64,000 nt of DNA, taken from NCBI GenBank assembly GCA_963762255.1, contig CAVXKA010000001.1:320001-384000 (forward strand), read 5' to 3'. Each line of letters begins with the position of its first letter. Within the stretch, counting starts at the first letter, position 1. The notes beneath the pieces are model-generated. The model made no database searches, was not told the origin of the DNA, and saw only the letters and a list, made by a program, of their open reading frames with translations. The position numbers and the translations under genes were made by a program. This document shows positions 19,861-28,753 of the stretch, in pieces. The stretch comes from Candidatus Eiseniibacteriota bacterium (GTDB lineage Bacteria; Eisenbacteria; RBG-16-71-46; JABDJR01).

Positions 19861-20229
19861 GCGCCGGTTCGCCTGCGCCTGCTGCACGCGGCGGGGCGAG
19901 AGTCGCGCCTCGACCGACGAGGCAGGGTAGAACTCCTCCTCGCGCTCGTAGAACCAGAACCGGCTAGTCACCTTGTAGTGCGCGGCGATGGAGATGCCGT
20001 TTTCGTTGAGCGCGATCACGAGATCGTCGGCGCGCAGCGGCAACTTCTTCTCTTGAATGAAGTCCATTACCTGACGACGCACATCCCTCTCGGAACGCAG
20101 GGTGCGGTTCCTGGACACTTCCTCCATCTTCCCTTGGAGCATCCTGTTCTGAATCCTGGGAGAGAGGAAGATGTGGCCGACATGAATGGCCAGAATGAAG
20201 AGCGCGACACCGAACAATCCTCTGATCAT
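19840..20229 (-). CDS. Small membrane-anchored protein (DUF4845/pilin-like N-terminal helix)
   Basis: N-terminal hydrophobic helix then a soluble domain; SD-like GGAGAGG. Confidence 0.55.
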   Translation of the reverse strand: MIRGLFGVALFILAIHVGHIFLSPRIQNRMLQGKMEEVSRNRTLRSERDVRRQVMDFIQEKKLPLRADDLVIALNENGISIAAHYKVTSRFWFYEREEEFYPASSVEARLSPRRVQQAQANRRTVRAGH

Positions 20230-20280
20230 AGTTCGACCCTCTCCGATGGTCGGGATGCGTCCTGCAACGACTCCCTTCGT

Positions 20281-20308
20281 ATATCGGCCGGGATCACCGA
20301 GGGGTTGA
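20281..20308 (-). promoter_or_regulatory. sigma28-type promoter TCAA-N16-GCCGATAT
   Basis: 52 bp upstream of the start at 20229, correct orientation. Confidence 0.55.
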
Positions 20309-20364
20309 GCCAGGGCGGTAGGCCGGGGCCGACGGTCTGGGGGCGCAGCCTCAGGGGCGGTGGC

Positions 20365-21273
20365 TCAAGGCCGGCGCCAGCGAAAGGCTGCCCACGTGTC
20401 GCGCCGAAGCTCGGCCTCCAGCGCGTAGCCTCGGGCACGCCAGCGCGCCGAGGCCTCGTCGGCCTGCTCGTCGCGCAGCCCGGAAAGCACGACCCGCGCG
20501 CCGGGGGCCAGCACCCGGTCGAGGCCGTGGTCGACAGCGAGGTGCTCGCGCGCGGTGAGGTTGGCCACGGCGAGATCGAAGCTCGCTTCGACGAAGGGAG
20601 CCGACGCGCAGTGGATGGCCTCGGCTCGGCCCCGCGCCGCGTTGAGCGCCAGGTTTCCGAGCAGGGAGGGGATCGCGTCGCGGTCGGCCTCGGTGAGGAA
20701 TGCGCGCAGCGACGGTGCGTGCGCGAGCGCGCCCAGCGCGAGCACTCCGCTCCCCGATCCCACGTCGAGGAGTCGCCGCGCGTCCGAAAGGCAGGGTTCG
20801 AGAAGCTCCCACGCCATCGCAGTGGTCATGTGGGTGCCGGTGCCGAAGGCGCGACCCGGTTCGATCCGCACCGCGATCCGCCCGCCTGCCACGGGCTCGG
20901 CCCACCACGCGGGGAGCACGATGAGGCTGTGCCCCAGCTCGGTGGGACGCCACGCCTCCTTCCAGATTCGCAGCCAGTCCTCCTCCTCCACCGTGAACGC
21001 ATGGACGCGCACCGCCCTCGGCTCCTCGCCCGCGCGCGCCACATGCGCGCGCAGGTCCTCGGCGACCCGCTCCGCATCCCACCTGGTCTCGGAGAACGCG
21101 GCGATGTGCCCGGGGTCCTCGGGATCCTCCTCCAGACCGAGGATGGGATGATCCCAGAGCGCGGCGACGACAAACTCCATCGCGGCAGCGGGCGCGCGCA
21201 CGTCGAGGCCGTGCCAACGCCGATGCGCGTTCGCGATCGCATGCGTCCCGTTGATCGCACGCGCCGCGCTCAT
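20365..21273 (-). CDS. prmA: Ribosomal protein L11 methyltransferase
   Basis: EEDW...WK..W.P, IEPG.AFGTGTH.TT, LDVGSGSGVLA, ANL, LSGL. Confidence 0.88.
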   Translation of the reverse strand: MSAARAINGTHAIANAHRRWHGLDVRAPAAAMEFVVAALWDHPILGLEEDPEDPGHIAAFSETRWDAERVAEDLRAHVARAGEEPRAVRVHAFTVEEEDWLRIWKEAWRPTELGHSLIVLPAWWAEPVAGGRIAVRIEPGRAFGTGTHMTTAMAWELLEPCLSDARRLLDVGSGSGVLALGALAHAPSLRAFLTEADRDAIPSLLGNLALNAARGRAEAIHCASAPFVEASFDLAVANLTAREHLAVDHGLDRVLAPGARVVLSGLRDEQADEASARWRARGYALEAELRRDTWAAFRWRRP

Positions 21274-23186
21274 GGCGATCGCCGCAGCGAGTCCGCCGCG
21301 GAGGGGAGCCAGAGCCAGACGCGATATCCGTCGTTGGAGAACACCTCCCTGGCGTCGGGCGGTGGATGAAGGCGGTCGGCCTCGGGGAAGCGCTGCACGA
21401 TGTAGATCGGTGCGCGGAACGCCCGCAGAAGATCGATCTGCTCGGGATCGAGCTCGATGCCGCGCAGAAGATCGTAGTGCGCGGTGCTGCGCCGAACCAT
21501 CGCGTTGGTGCGGTAGGCCACCGTCCAGTCCTGGGGTCGCCGGCCGTAGAGCGCGGTGCGGCGCGCCGCCAGGGAGAGATCGGGCCCGATGTCCGCCACG
21601 ACCGCGTCGGCCGGGGTGTGCTCGCGAAGCCAGGCCACCGTCTCGCGCGCTTCAGGAGTGAGCGCCGGCGGGGTCGGCGCGCCGAGGTAGCCCGCCACCC
21701 CGACCACCGTGCGAGGCACGAGCACGAGGAAGAGCGCGATCGCAACGAACACGCGACCCACTCCGCGCGCGCGCGCCCAGACGAGCGGCACGGCGGAACC
21801 CGCGGCGAGGGCGAGCGGCACGTAGGCGAGGGTGATCGGCCCGATGAGCGGGTCGGGCCCGGGGAACTCCACGACCAGGCAGAGCGTGAAGAGCAGCACC
21901 GTCCACACCGTCCACGCCTGCCGGCGCACGTCGGCCGCGGCGAGGAAGCTGCCGAGCACGCCGACCCCGAAGAGAAGCGCGGGGAGGAGCGCTCCCGCCA
22001 CGTGCGCCGCCTTGCCCGGCGAGAGGCGCAGGAAGAGCGCGGGATCGAAGGGGACGCCGCGCAGGATATGAGCCAGGTACGGCGCTCCGACCAGAAGGGC
22101 GAGCACCATCGGCAGCACGGTCCCGGTCAGCTCCCACCCGGGACCGCGGAACGGGTTCAGCCGGCCGGCGATCCAGACCACCGGAATCGATATGAAGGTC
22201 ACGACCATGGTCACGATCCCCACTCCGCCATGGAAGAGGAGCATGCCGAGCGCGGCGAGAAAAGCCAGGAGGTTCCAGCGCAGGCGGTTCTCCCCCAGCG
22301 AGGCGACGGTGGCCATGAGGAAGAGAAGCATGTAGACGAGGCCGAGCACGAAGGGCCCCGCGGTGAGGAAACGATCGAGGAAGAAGGTGCCGTTGAGCGA
22401 AAAGAAGAGGAACGTCGCTCCCCAGATCGCGCGCGCATGCGGGAGCGCGAGAAGGGTGAGCAGCTTATACCCGGTGAAGACGAGCACGAAGGCGGCGGTG
22501 AGGCTCCCCCCCGCGAGGAGGACGTCGGGTGTTACGCGTGTCGCCCCCTGGAGCACGGCGAGATAGGCGTGAAAGATCCAGAACGAGCGGAGCGGTTGGC
22601 CCGCCATGAGCGGATCCCCGACCGGCAGGCCGTGGCGCAGTATCGCCTGGGTGACGGCGAGATCCAACGCCGCGTCGCCGGAGACTCGGATCCAGGCCCG
22701 CGCCAGAAGCGGAAGCGCGATGAGGGCGAGCACCGCGGTGGCGAGGACAAGGACCTGCTGGCGATCGGATCGCCTGCGGAGGAACCCCGGCATCTCCATC
22801 GAGACCGCGTACTCCTCGATCTCGCGGCGCGGATGCGGGGCGAACACCACGGCGAGCACGGCCAGGAGGACGATCCAGGGAGCGGTTTCGTCGAGTCGCA
22901 CCCCGCTCAAGGTCAGGAGCAGCGCCATTCCGACGGAGAGCACGGGGGCGAGGATGAGGGGAAGGATCCACGAGGCCCAGAGCCCGAAGCGATTCTCCAC
23001 CCACAGCGCGGCGGCGAGGCCGGGGAGATAGGCCACGCCGAGGAGGCCGAAGAGCGCGGTGAGCGCGGCCGGCGAGCCGGGGGCGCGGGTGATTGCGAAG
23101 AGGGCGCCGAGGGTCAGCGCCGAGGTGGGCAGGATCGCGCGACCGAACGGCGACTCGGGCGGAAGCGGGAACTGGGTCGAAGTCAA
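21270..23186 (-). CDS. Polytopic membrane protein, possible GT-C-fold glycosyltransferase-like
   Basis: Many TM helices; first loop GDA..D....I.R.G.P..DP..AG..L..FW..H; C-terminal WLREHTP.DAVV domain; TTG/GTG start after AGGGGG. Confidence 0.6.
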   Translation of the reverse strand: MTSTQFPLPPESPFGRAILPTSALTLGALFAITRAPGSPAALTALFGLLGVAYLPGLAAALWVENRFGLWASWILPLILAPVLSVGMALLLTLSGVRLDETAPWIVLLAVLAVVFAPHPRREIEEYAVSMEMPGFLRRRSDRQQVLVLATAVLALIALPLLARAWIRVSGDAALDLAVTQAILRHGLPVGDPLMAGQPLRSFWIFHAYLAVLQGATRVTPDVLLAGGSLTAAFVLVFTGYKLLTLLALPHARAIWGATFLFFSLNGTFFLDRFLTAGPFVLGLVYMLLFLMATVASLGENRLRWNLLAFLAALGMLLFHGGVGIVTMVVTFISIPVVWIAGRLNPFRGPGWELTGTVLPMVLALLVGAPYLAHILRGVPFDPALFLRLSPGKAAHVAGALLPALLFGVGVLGSFLAAADVRRQAWTVWTVLLFTLCLVVEFPGPDPLIGPITLAYVPLALAAGSAVPLVWARARGVGRVFVAIALFLVLVPRTVVGVAGYLGAPTPPALTPEARETVAWLREHTPADAVVADIGPDLSLAARRTALYGRRPQDWTVAYRTNAMVRRSTAHYDLLRGIELDPEQIDLLRAFRAPIYIVQRFPEADRLHPPPDAREVFSNDGYRVWLWLPSAADSLRRSP

Positions 23187-23273
23187 CACAACCCCCTGAC
23201 CGGAACCTCGCGCTCTTGATAGGATGCGAGATTCGTCAGCGTCGTTCCTCTTTGCACGAGGTGGATCACCGGG

Positions 23274-25874
23274 GTGTACTCGCAGCGCATTTCGTGGTTC
23301 TGGCCTCTCTCTTTCCTCATCGCTTTGGGTCAATTGCTCCTGCTCGTGACCCAGAACGCGGGAGGGCCTCCGTTCGCCCGGCTCCTCCTCGCGGCTTGGA
23401 CGTTGTGGATCCCGGGCGTCTGGCTGGGGAATCTTCTCACAAAGCCGCGGACGGGTCTTCCCGCCCGCCTCCCCTTGCAGGTCGGCTCGGCGATGGCGGT
23501 GGTCTACGTGATGCTCGAGGCGCGCGCGGCGGGGTGGCTTCCCGCAGACGCCGCCGCCTTCGGGATCACCTGCGTCTCGGCGGTGATCGGCCTCGTGTTT
23601 CTGCTCCTCCCGGGCAATCCCGGCAGGCAGCGTCGCGCGGCGCGTTGGGAGGCGCGCGAGGTGCGACACGCGGAACCGCAAGTGCTGGCCGCCTTCGCGA
23701 TCCTCCTCGCCGTCACCGCGATCCTGGCCCTGGCGTTCGGATCGCCGCTCTCGCTTCGGTTGGACGGCGTGGACCAGGTGGGGGCGGCTCGTCTGGCCGG
23801 ATCGATGACCCCCGGCTTTCCGGCGCCCGCCTACCACGAGCACCTGGGGCTCGCGGGGAGCGATCCGCACCGAAGTCTCGCTCACGGGCTCGTCGACATG
23901 CTGGCCCGCATGTCGCAGCTCCCGCATCACCGGGTGTGGGGTCTGCTTCCCGCCGTGCTGGCGCCGCTCCTGCTGCTCTCCGTGTACGGGCTCGGGCGCG
24001 TGTTGTTCCGCGACGAGAACCTCGCGGTGGCGTCGGCCTTCGCGTACCTGCTGGTGACCACGGTGGGGTTCTCCAACAACGAGCTGCGCCTGCTCGCGTA
24101 TCCCGATCGATGGGCGCTCATCCCCTACTGGACGGCGGTCGCGCTCTTCATCGACGGCCTCGACCGGCCGCACCCGCGCATCGGCATCGCTCTCGGCCTG
24201 GTGTCGCTCGCCGTGTTCGGAACCCATCTGGGAATGGGCTTCATCCTCGTGCTGGCGTTGCTGGCCATCGGCACCTTCACGTGGCTCTCGGTCGACCGAG
24301 TCATCGAGGGGATCCCGCTCCTTCTCGTGCTCTGGGCGCCGGTCGTGCTCCTCTCCGGCGGCTACGTGCTCCTGCGCGCGCTGCTGCTGGGCGGGCTCGA
24401 ACCGCAGGGAGTCCCCGCGCTGGGGATGCTCGTCGCCGGGCCGGGACGGTTCGCGCTGGATGCGGGACAGGTGCCGGCGGTGATCCGGCTCGCCGCGGTG
24501 CTCGGGGTGGTGGGGCTCGCGGCGATGCTGCGCGAGGCGCACCTGAAGATCTCCGTCTACTACTTCGCCGCGGGGACGGTGCTGGCGCTCGTCCTCGGTT
24601 ACGTGCCGTGGATCACGCCCGGCGTGGAGCGCGGGCTCGGACCCATCGTGCATCTCTTGCCCCGGCTCTGTCCGCTGGCCTGGATTCTGGTCGCGGTGCT
24701 CGCGTGGGCGATCCGAGGGCTGGTGCGCTCGGAGGGACACACGTGGCTGCGTTTCCTCACGGTGGGTCTCGGGATCGTCGTGACGATCTGGCTTCTCATC
24801 GTGGGAGCGAGCAGCCTGGCCTATGCGCCCGGGAAGCTGCGCGGGCAACGGGCCGCGGGGCCCGAATCGTTGCGACCGCTGGCGGACTCGCTGCGCGTGC
24901 GCGTCTCCGGCGAGCCGGTGGTGCTCTGCGACGCGGCGGGAGCGGCTGCGCTGGCCGCGTACACGCCGGCTCGATCGATGTTCGTTCCGTCCGATCCACG
25001 CGCGCCGCGCGCCGAGGCGTGGCGGCTCTACGCGTCGGCGAGGGAGGCGCTCGTGCCCCCCGCGAATCCAAGTTCGGTCTTCGATTCGTTGCACGTCGAA
25101 GTCGATCGCAGCCGCGACGTCCTTGCCGCGTTCATGGACCGCCACGAGGTCGATCTTCTTGTACTCCCGCACAGGACGGCAGCGGCCGAGTGGCCCGGCG
25201 CGAACTTTGCCCGCGGCGATGCGTGGTTGAGCCGCAGCGGCACGGCGGCGTGGGAGACCTGTCTCGATGCGGATATGGATCACTTCGAACGCGTCGATCT
25301 CTCCCCGCTAGGCGCGGCGTACGCGCTCTCCTTCGCGCCGTCCGAAGCGGCGATCGTGCCCGAGGTCGTCGGCTCACCGGCTCCGCCGCGCCCGCCCGGC
25401 TTGCTTCGTTCCCCTGCTCCCGCGATCGCGCAGCTTCTCGTGGACGCAGCCCGCGTCGCCCCCGGCGACACGCTTGTCGTGCGCGTGCCGTGGAACGCGC
25501 CGACCTCCGCCGGCCTCGACCCCCGCGGCTACCGCCTGCGCGTCGAGCTGGTGATGCTCTCCGAGGCCTCTTCCTTCTGGCGCGCGTTGCCTCGGCGCGC
25601 GTGGCGCACGATGACGGGGACCTGGTGGGAGCGCGGCGGCGCGACCGGCGTGGAGATGCCGCTCGCGGGCGGATTGTCCCCCGCGCAGTGGAGCGGTAGC
25701 GGCGAGGAGACGGTGCGGCTCCCCATTCCGAAATGGCTCGGGCCCGGCACCTACGATCTGCGGGCACGCGCGCTGCCCGGAGCGCTCTCCGCGGACCGCG
25801 TTCGCGGCGGCGCGTCGATCCTCCCATCCTCACCGCAGCCGGTCCTGGTCACCGTGACGGCGCGCGGGCGGTAG
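23274..25874 (+). CDS. Polytopic membrane protein with soluble C-terminal region, possible GT-C-like
   Basis: Many TM helices then ~330 aa soluble; divergent from the previous gene. Confidence 0.6.
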   Translation: MYSQRISWFWPLSFLIALGQLLLLVTQNAGGPPFARLLLAAWTLWIPGVWLGNLLTKPRTGLPARLPLQVGSAMAVVYVMLEARAAGWLPADAAAFGITCVSAVIGLVFLLLPGNPGRQRRAARWEAREVRHAEPQVLAAFAILLAVTAILALAFGSPLSLRLDGVDQVGAARLAGSMTPGFPAPAYHEHLGLAGSDPHRSLAHGLVDMLARMSQLPHHRVWGLLPAVLAPLLLLSVYGLGRVLFRDENLAVASAFAYLLVTTVGFSNNELRLLAYPDRWALIPYWTAVALFIDGLDRPHPRIGIALGLVSLAVFGTHLGMGFILVLALLAIGTFTWLSVDRVIEGIPLLLVLWAPVVLLSGGYVLLRALLLGGLEPQGVPALGMLVAGPGRFALDAGQVPAVIRLAAVLGVVGLAAMLREAHLKISVYYFAAGTVLALVLGYVPWITPGVERGLGPIVHLLPRLCPLAWILVAVLAWAIRGLVRSEGHTWLRFLTVGLGIVVTIWLLIVGASSLAYAPGKLRGQRAAGPESLRPLADSLRVRVSGEPVVLCDAAGAAALAAYTPARSMFVPSDPRAPRAEAWRLYASAREALVPPANPSSVFDSLHVEVDRSRDVLAAFMDRHEVDLLVLPHRTAAAEWPGANFARGDAWLSRSGTAAWETCLDADMDHFERVDLSPLGAAYALSFAPSEAAIVPEVVGSPAPPRPPGLLRSPAPAIAQLLVDAARVAPGDTLVVRVPWNAPTSAGLDPRGYRLRVELVMLSEASSFWRALPRRAWRTMTGTWWERGGATGVEMPLAGGLSPAQWSGSGEETVRLPIPKWLGPGTYDLRARALPGALSADRVRGGASILPSSPQPVLVTVTARGR

Positions 25875-25893
25875 ACGCTGCCTTTTGCCTTGT

Positions 25894-25919
25894 AATGGTC
25901 CTCCGCGCGGAGGACCATT
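25894..25919. promoter_or_regulatory. Perfect 26-bp palindrome AATGGTCCTCCGCGCGGAGGACCATT
   Basis: Self-complementary, intergenic, upstream of the OPT gene; operator or terminator. Confidence 0.5.
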
Positions 25920-25991
25920 GTCGGTCTACCCCTCCGCGGACCGGCGTGACCCGGCCGTGCTTCGAGTCGCGCACACGCTGGGAGTGGATGA

Positions 25992-27970
25992 ATGACCCGC
26001 ACCGTACCCCCCTCCGACCCCAAGCCCCGCATGACCTCCCCACCCGCCGATCACCTATCCGACGAAGACGCCTACGAACTGCCGGTCAAGGGCTTCCAAG
26101 GCACTCCGGACGAAGTGGAGCGCCAGTGGTTCGAGCAGTGCTACACGGGACGCGGCGACTCGATGGCCCAGCTCACCTGGCGGGCGGTCATCATGGGCTC
26201 GATCCTGGGCGGAATCCTCTCGCTGACCAACCTCTACATCGGGCTCAAGGCCGGTTGGGGGTTCGGCGTGGCCATCACCGCGTGCATCCTCTCGTATTCG
26301 ATCTGGACCGGCTTCTACAAGATCGGGCTGGCCAAGACGAAGATGACGATCCTCGAGAACAACTGCATGCAGTCCACCGCCGTCGTCGGCGGGCTACTCG
26401 ACCGGCGGGACGCTGATCTCGGCCTTCGCCGCCTACATCCTCATCAACAACCACGACGCTGCCCATCCCGATGATGCTGGGCTGGGTGTTCTTCCTGGCC
26501 GTGCTCGGCGTGACGATGGCGATGCCGATGAAGCGGCAGATGATCAACATCGAGCAGCTTCGCTTCCCGAGCGGCATCGCCGCCGCCGAGACGCTGCGCG
26601 CGCTCCACTCGCAGCGGCGAGAAGGGCGCGCGGGCGGCGCGGGCCCTGGGCATCTGGGGCGGGCTCGCCGCCGCTCAACCAGTTCTGGCTGGACGGTCTG
26701 CGGCTCATCAACTCCGCGACTGGGAGCGATTCCAGCTCTCCAGCCTCACGACCTGGTTGAGCGAGAAGACGCTCGGGCCGACCTGGATCGGGCGAACAGT
26801 GACCATGCAGTGGGACCCCATCTTCATCGCCGCCGGCATGTTCGTGGGGATGCGGGTCTCGGTCAGCATCCTGATCGGCTCCATCACCTGCTGGATGATG
26901 TTCGTCCCCTGGATCCAGGCGCACATCCCCGAAGCGGCCGGCGTCACCGGGTTCCGCGAGCTCGTGCAGTGGAGCCTGTGGGGCGGCACCGCCTGCATGG
27001 TGACCTCCGGCATCCTGGCCGTAGTGCTGCAGTGGAAGAGCGTGATGCGGGCGTTCAGCGGGCTCGGCGGCATGCTCTCGCGCAAGCCGAAGCAGGTCGG
27101 GCCGGTGGATCCGATGAAGGCGCATCGAGGTGCCCAACTCCTGGTTCATCAGCGGGCAGTTCATTTCGCTCATCGGCATCGCGTGGCTGGCCCACGCCAC
27201 GTTCGGCATGCCGTACTGGCAGAGCGCATTGGCGGTCGTGCTGACGTTCGCTCTGGCGCTGGTGGCGTGCCGAGTCACCGGCGAGACCGACACGACGCCG
27301 ATCGGCGCGATGGGCAAGATCATGCAGCTCACCTTCGGCGGGCTGGCCCCCGGCAACATGAACATCAACCTGATGGCCGCCAACATCACCGCCGGGGCGG
27401 CGAGTTCCTCGGCTGACCTGCTCACCGACCTCAAGAGCGGCTACCTCCTGGGCGCGCACCCTCGCAAGCAGTTCATCGCGCAGTTCGCGGGGATCTTCAT
27501 GGGGACGCTGATCACCGTGTTCGCGTTCAGCGTCATGGTGCCGAACGCATCGGTGCTGGGCTCGGACCAGTTCCCCGCCCCGGCGGCACAGACGTGGCGA
27601 GGCGTGGCCGAGGCCATGGCGCTCGGGCTCTCCCACATGCATCCGGTCAAGCTGTGGTCGATCGTGATCGGCGGGCTGGTGGGCATCCTCCTGCCCGCTG
27701 CTCTCGAGGATCTTCCCGAAGGTGGCGAAGTGGTTGCCGTCGCCGGCCGGTCTCGGCCTTGCCTGGGTCTTCCAGTGGTACTACGGCGTGCTCTTCTTCA
27801 TGGGCGCGGTGATCGCGGCCCTCTGGCAGAAGCGGCGCGCGAAGCAAGCCGAGGAGTATCTCTTCCCGATCGCATCGGGGATCATCGCGGGCGGCGCTCT
27901 CATGGGCGTCGTGTTGATCTTCTGGGAGAACGGCCCCGATATGCTCAAGATCCTGCTGAAAAGGCAATAG
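25992..27970 (+). CDS. OPT-family oligopeptide transporter, broken by ~8 apparent single-base insertions
   Basis: Fragments NLYIGLKAG, LENNCMQS, QLRFPSGIAAAETL, GETDTTPIGAMGK, DLKSGYLLGA.PRKQ, FPAPAAQTW, ASGIIAG join into one stop-free frame when single bases are removed. Confidence 0.8.
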
Positions 27971-28027
27971 GCAGGGTCTCGTTCGAGGTTCGTGAGGGAG
28001 CGCCCGCAGTCCGGAGCGCCGCGAAGA

Positions 28028-28098
28028 GACTCGCCCGTCGGCCGCAGTCCGAAGGGCCGCGAAGCGGGGGCCCCTTCGGCGAGGGCGACAGGCGAGTC
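28028..28098 (+). repeat. REP-like structured palindromic repeat, copy 1
   Basis: Core GTCGRCCGCAGTCCGAAGGGCCGCGAAGCGGGGGYCCCTTCGGCGAGGRCGAC recurs inverted at ~58302-58354. Confidence 0.8.
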
Positions 28099-28111
28099 GC
28101 GTAGCGGCGCG

Positions 28112-28726
28112 TCAGGGCAGCCGCGCGAACCGCGCGCGCACCCAACGGAACGGCAGGAACATCGATACCTCGCGCCGGTACGCACGGTACTCCTCGCCGA
28201 ACTCCGCGAGCAGCTTGCTCTCCTCGAGATATGCGCCGATGACGAGATAAAGGCTCAGCATGATCGAGGTGACCAGGCTCGCCGCATCTTTCGGCCGCAC
28301 CCACAGGATGCAGAGTCCCGCCGTGTACCACGGATGCCGGATCGCGCCGAGGACGCCTCGGCGGGACAGTCCGCCCGCCGCGCCCATGCCGGAACGTGCG
28401 CGCCCCGCCAGTCCAAGGAACACGTGCAAGTCGTACACGCGCCCGCCCGCCCAGAACAACGCGAGCGATGCCGCAAGCAGCGGTGCGCCGATCGGGATCC
28501 ATGCACCCCACCAGTCGAAGACGACCGGACCGCGGAGACTGAGCGAATACGCGTAGATCGGAACGAACGTCACGAACGCGACCACGTTGAAGCCAACGCG
28601 CACGAAACGAAACCGCGGCCCGAGCCTGGTTTGTAGTGCGCGCTGCACGCCCCGCGCGATGAGGAGACTGTGAAGCGCGCACCATGCGGTCCAGAGGAGT
28701 GCCAGTCGCCAGAGATCAGGAGTCAC
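28112..28726 (-). CDS. Isoprenylcysteine carboxylmethyltransferase/MddA-like membrane methyltransferase
   Basis: HSLL, IRHPWY, EE..L..EFG.EY..Y...V.MFLP. Confidence 0.8.
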   Translation of the reverse strand: MTPDLWRLALLWTAWCALHSLLIARGVQRALQTRLGPRFRFVRVGFNVVAFVTFVPIYAYSLSLRGPVVFDWWGAWIPIGAPLLAASLALFWAGGRVYDLHVFLGLAGRARSGMGAAGGLSRRGVLGAIRHPWYTAGLCILWVRPKDAASLVTSIMLSLYLVIGAYLEESKLLAEFGEEYRAYRREVSMFLPFRWVRARFARLP

Positions 28727-28753
28727 GGCTTGGGCCTCGGATTCGGCTGGAGA

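Noticed and set aside
23187-25283. 1337-aa ORF 21270-25283 and other long antisense ORFs (2373-4376, 28670-31462, 38886-40409, 59787-62147, 62199-63998)
   Set aside because: Shadow ORFs opposite real genes, caused by high-GC codon bias; Arg/Gly/His-rich with no motifs.
25992-27970. OPT transporter as pseudogene or programmed multi-frameshift gene
   Set aside because: About eight breaks, all fixable by deleting one base (mostly a duplicated C or G), with no in-frame stops; typical of uncorrected long-read insertion errors. Read pile-up would settle it.
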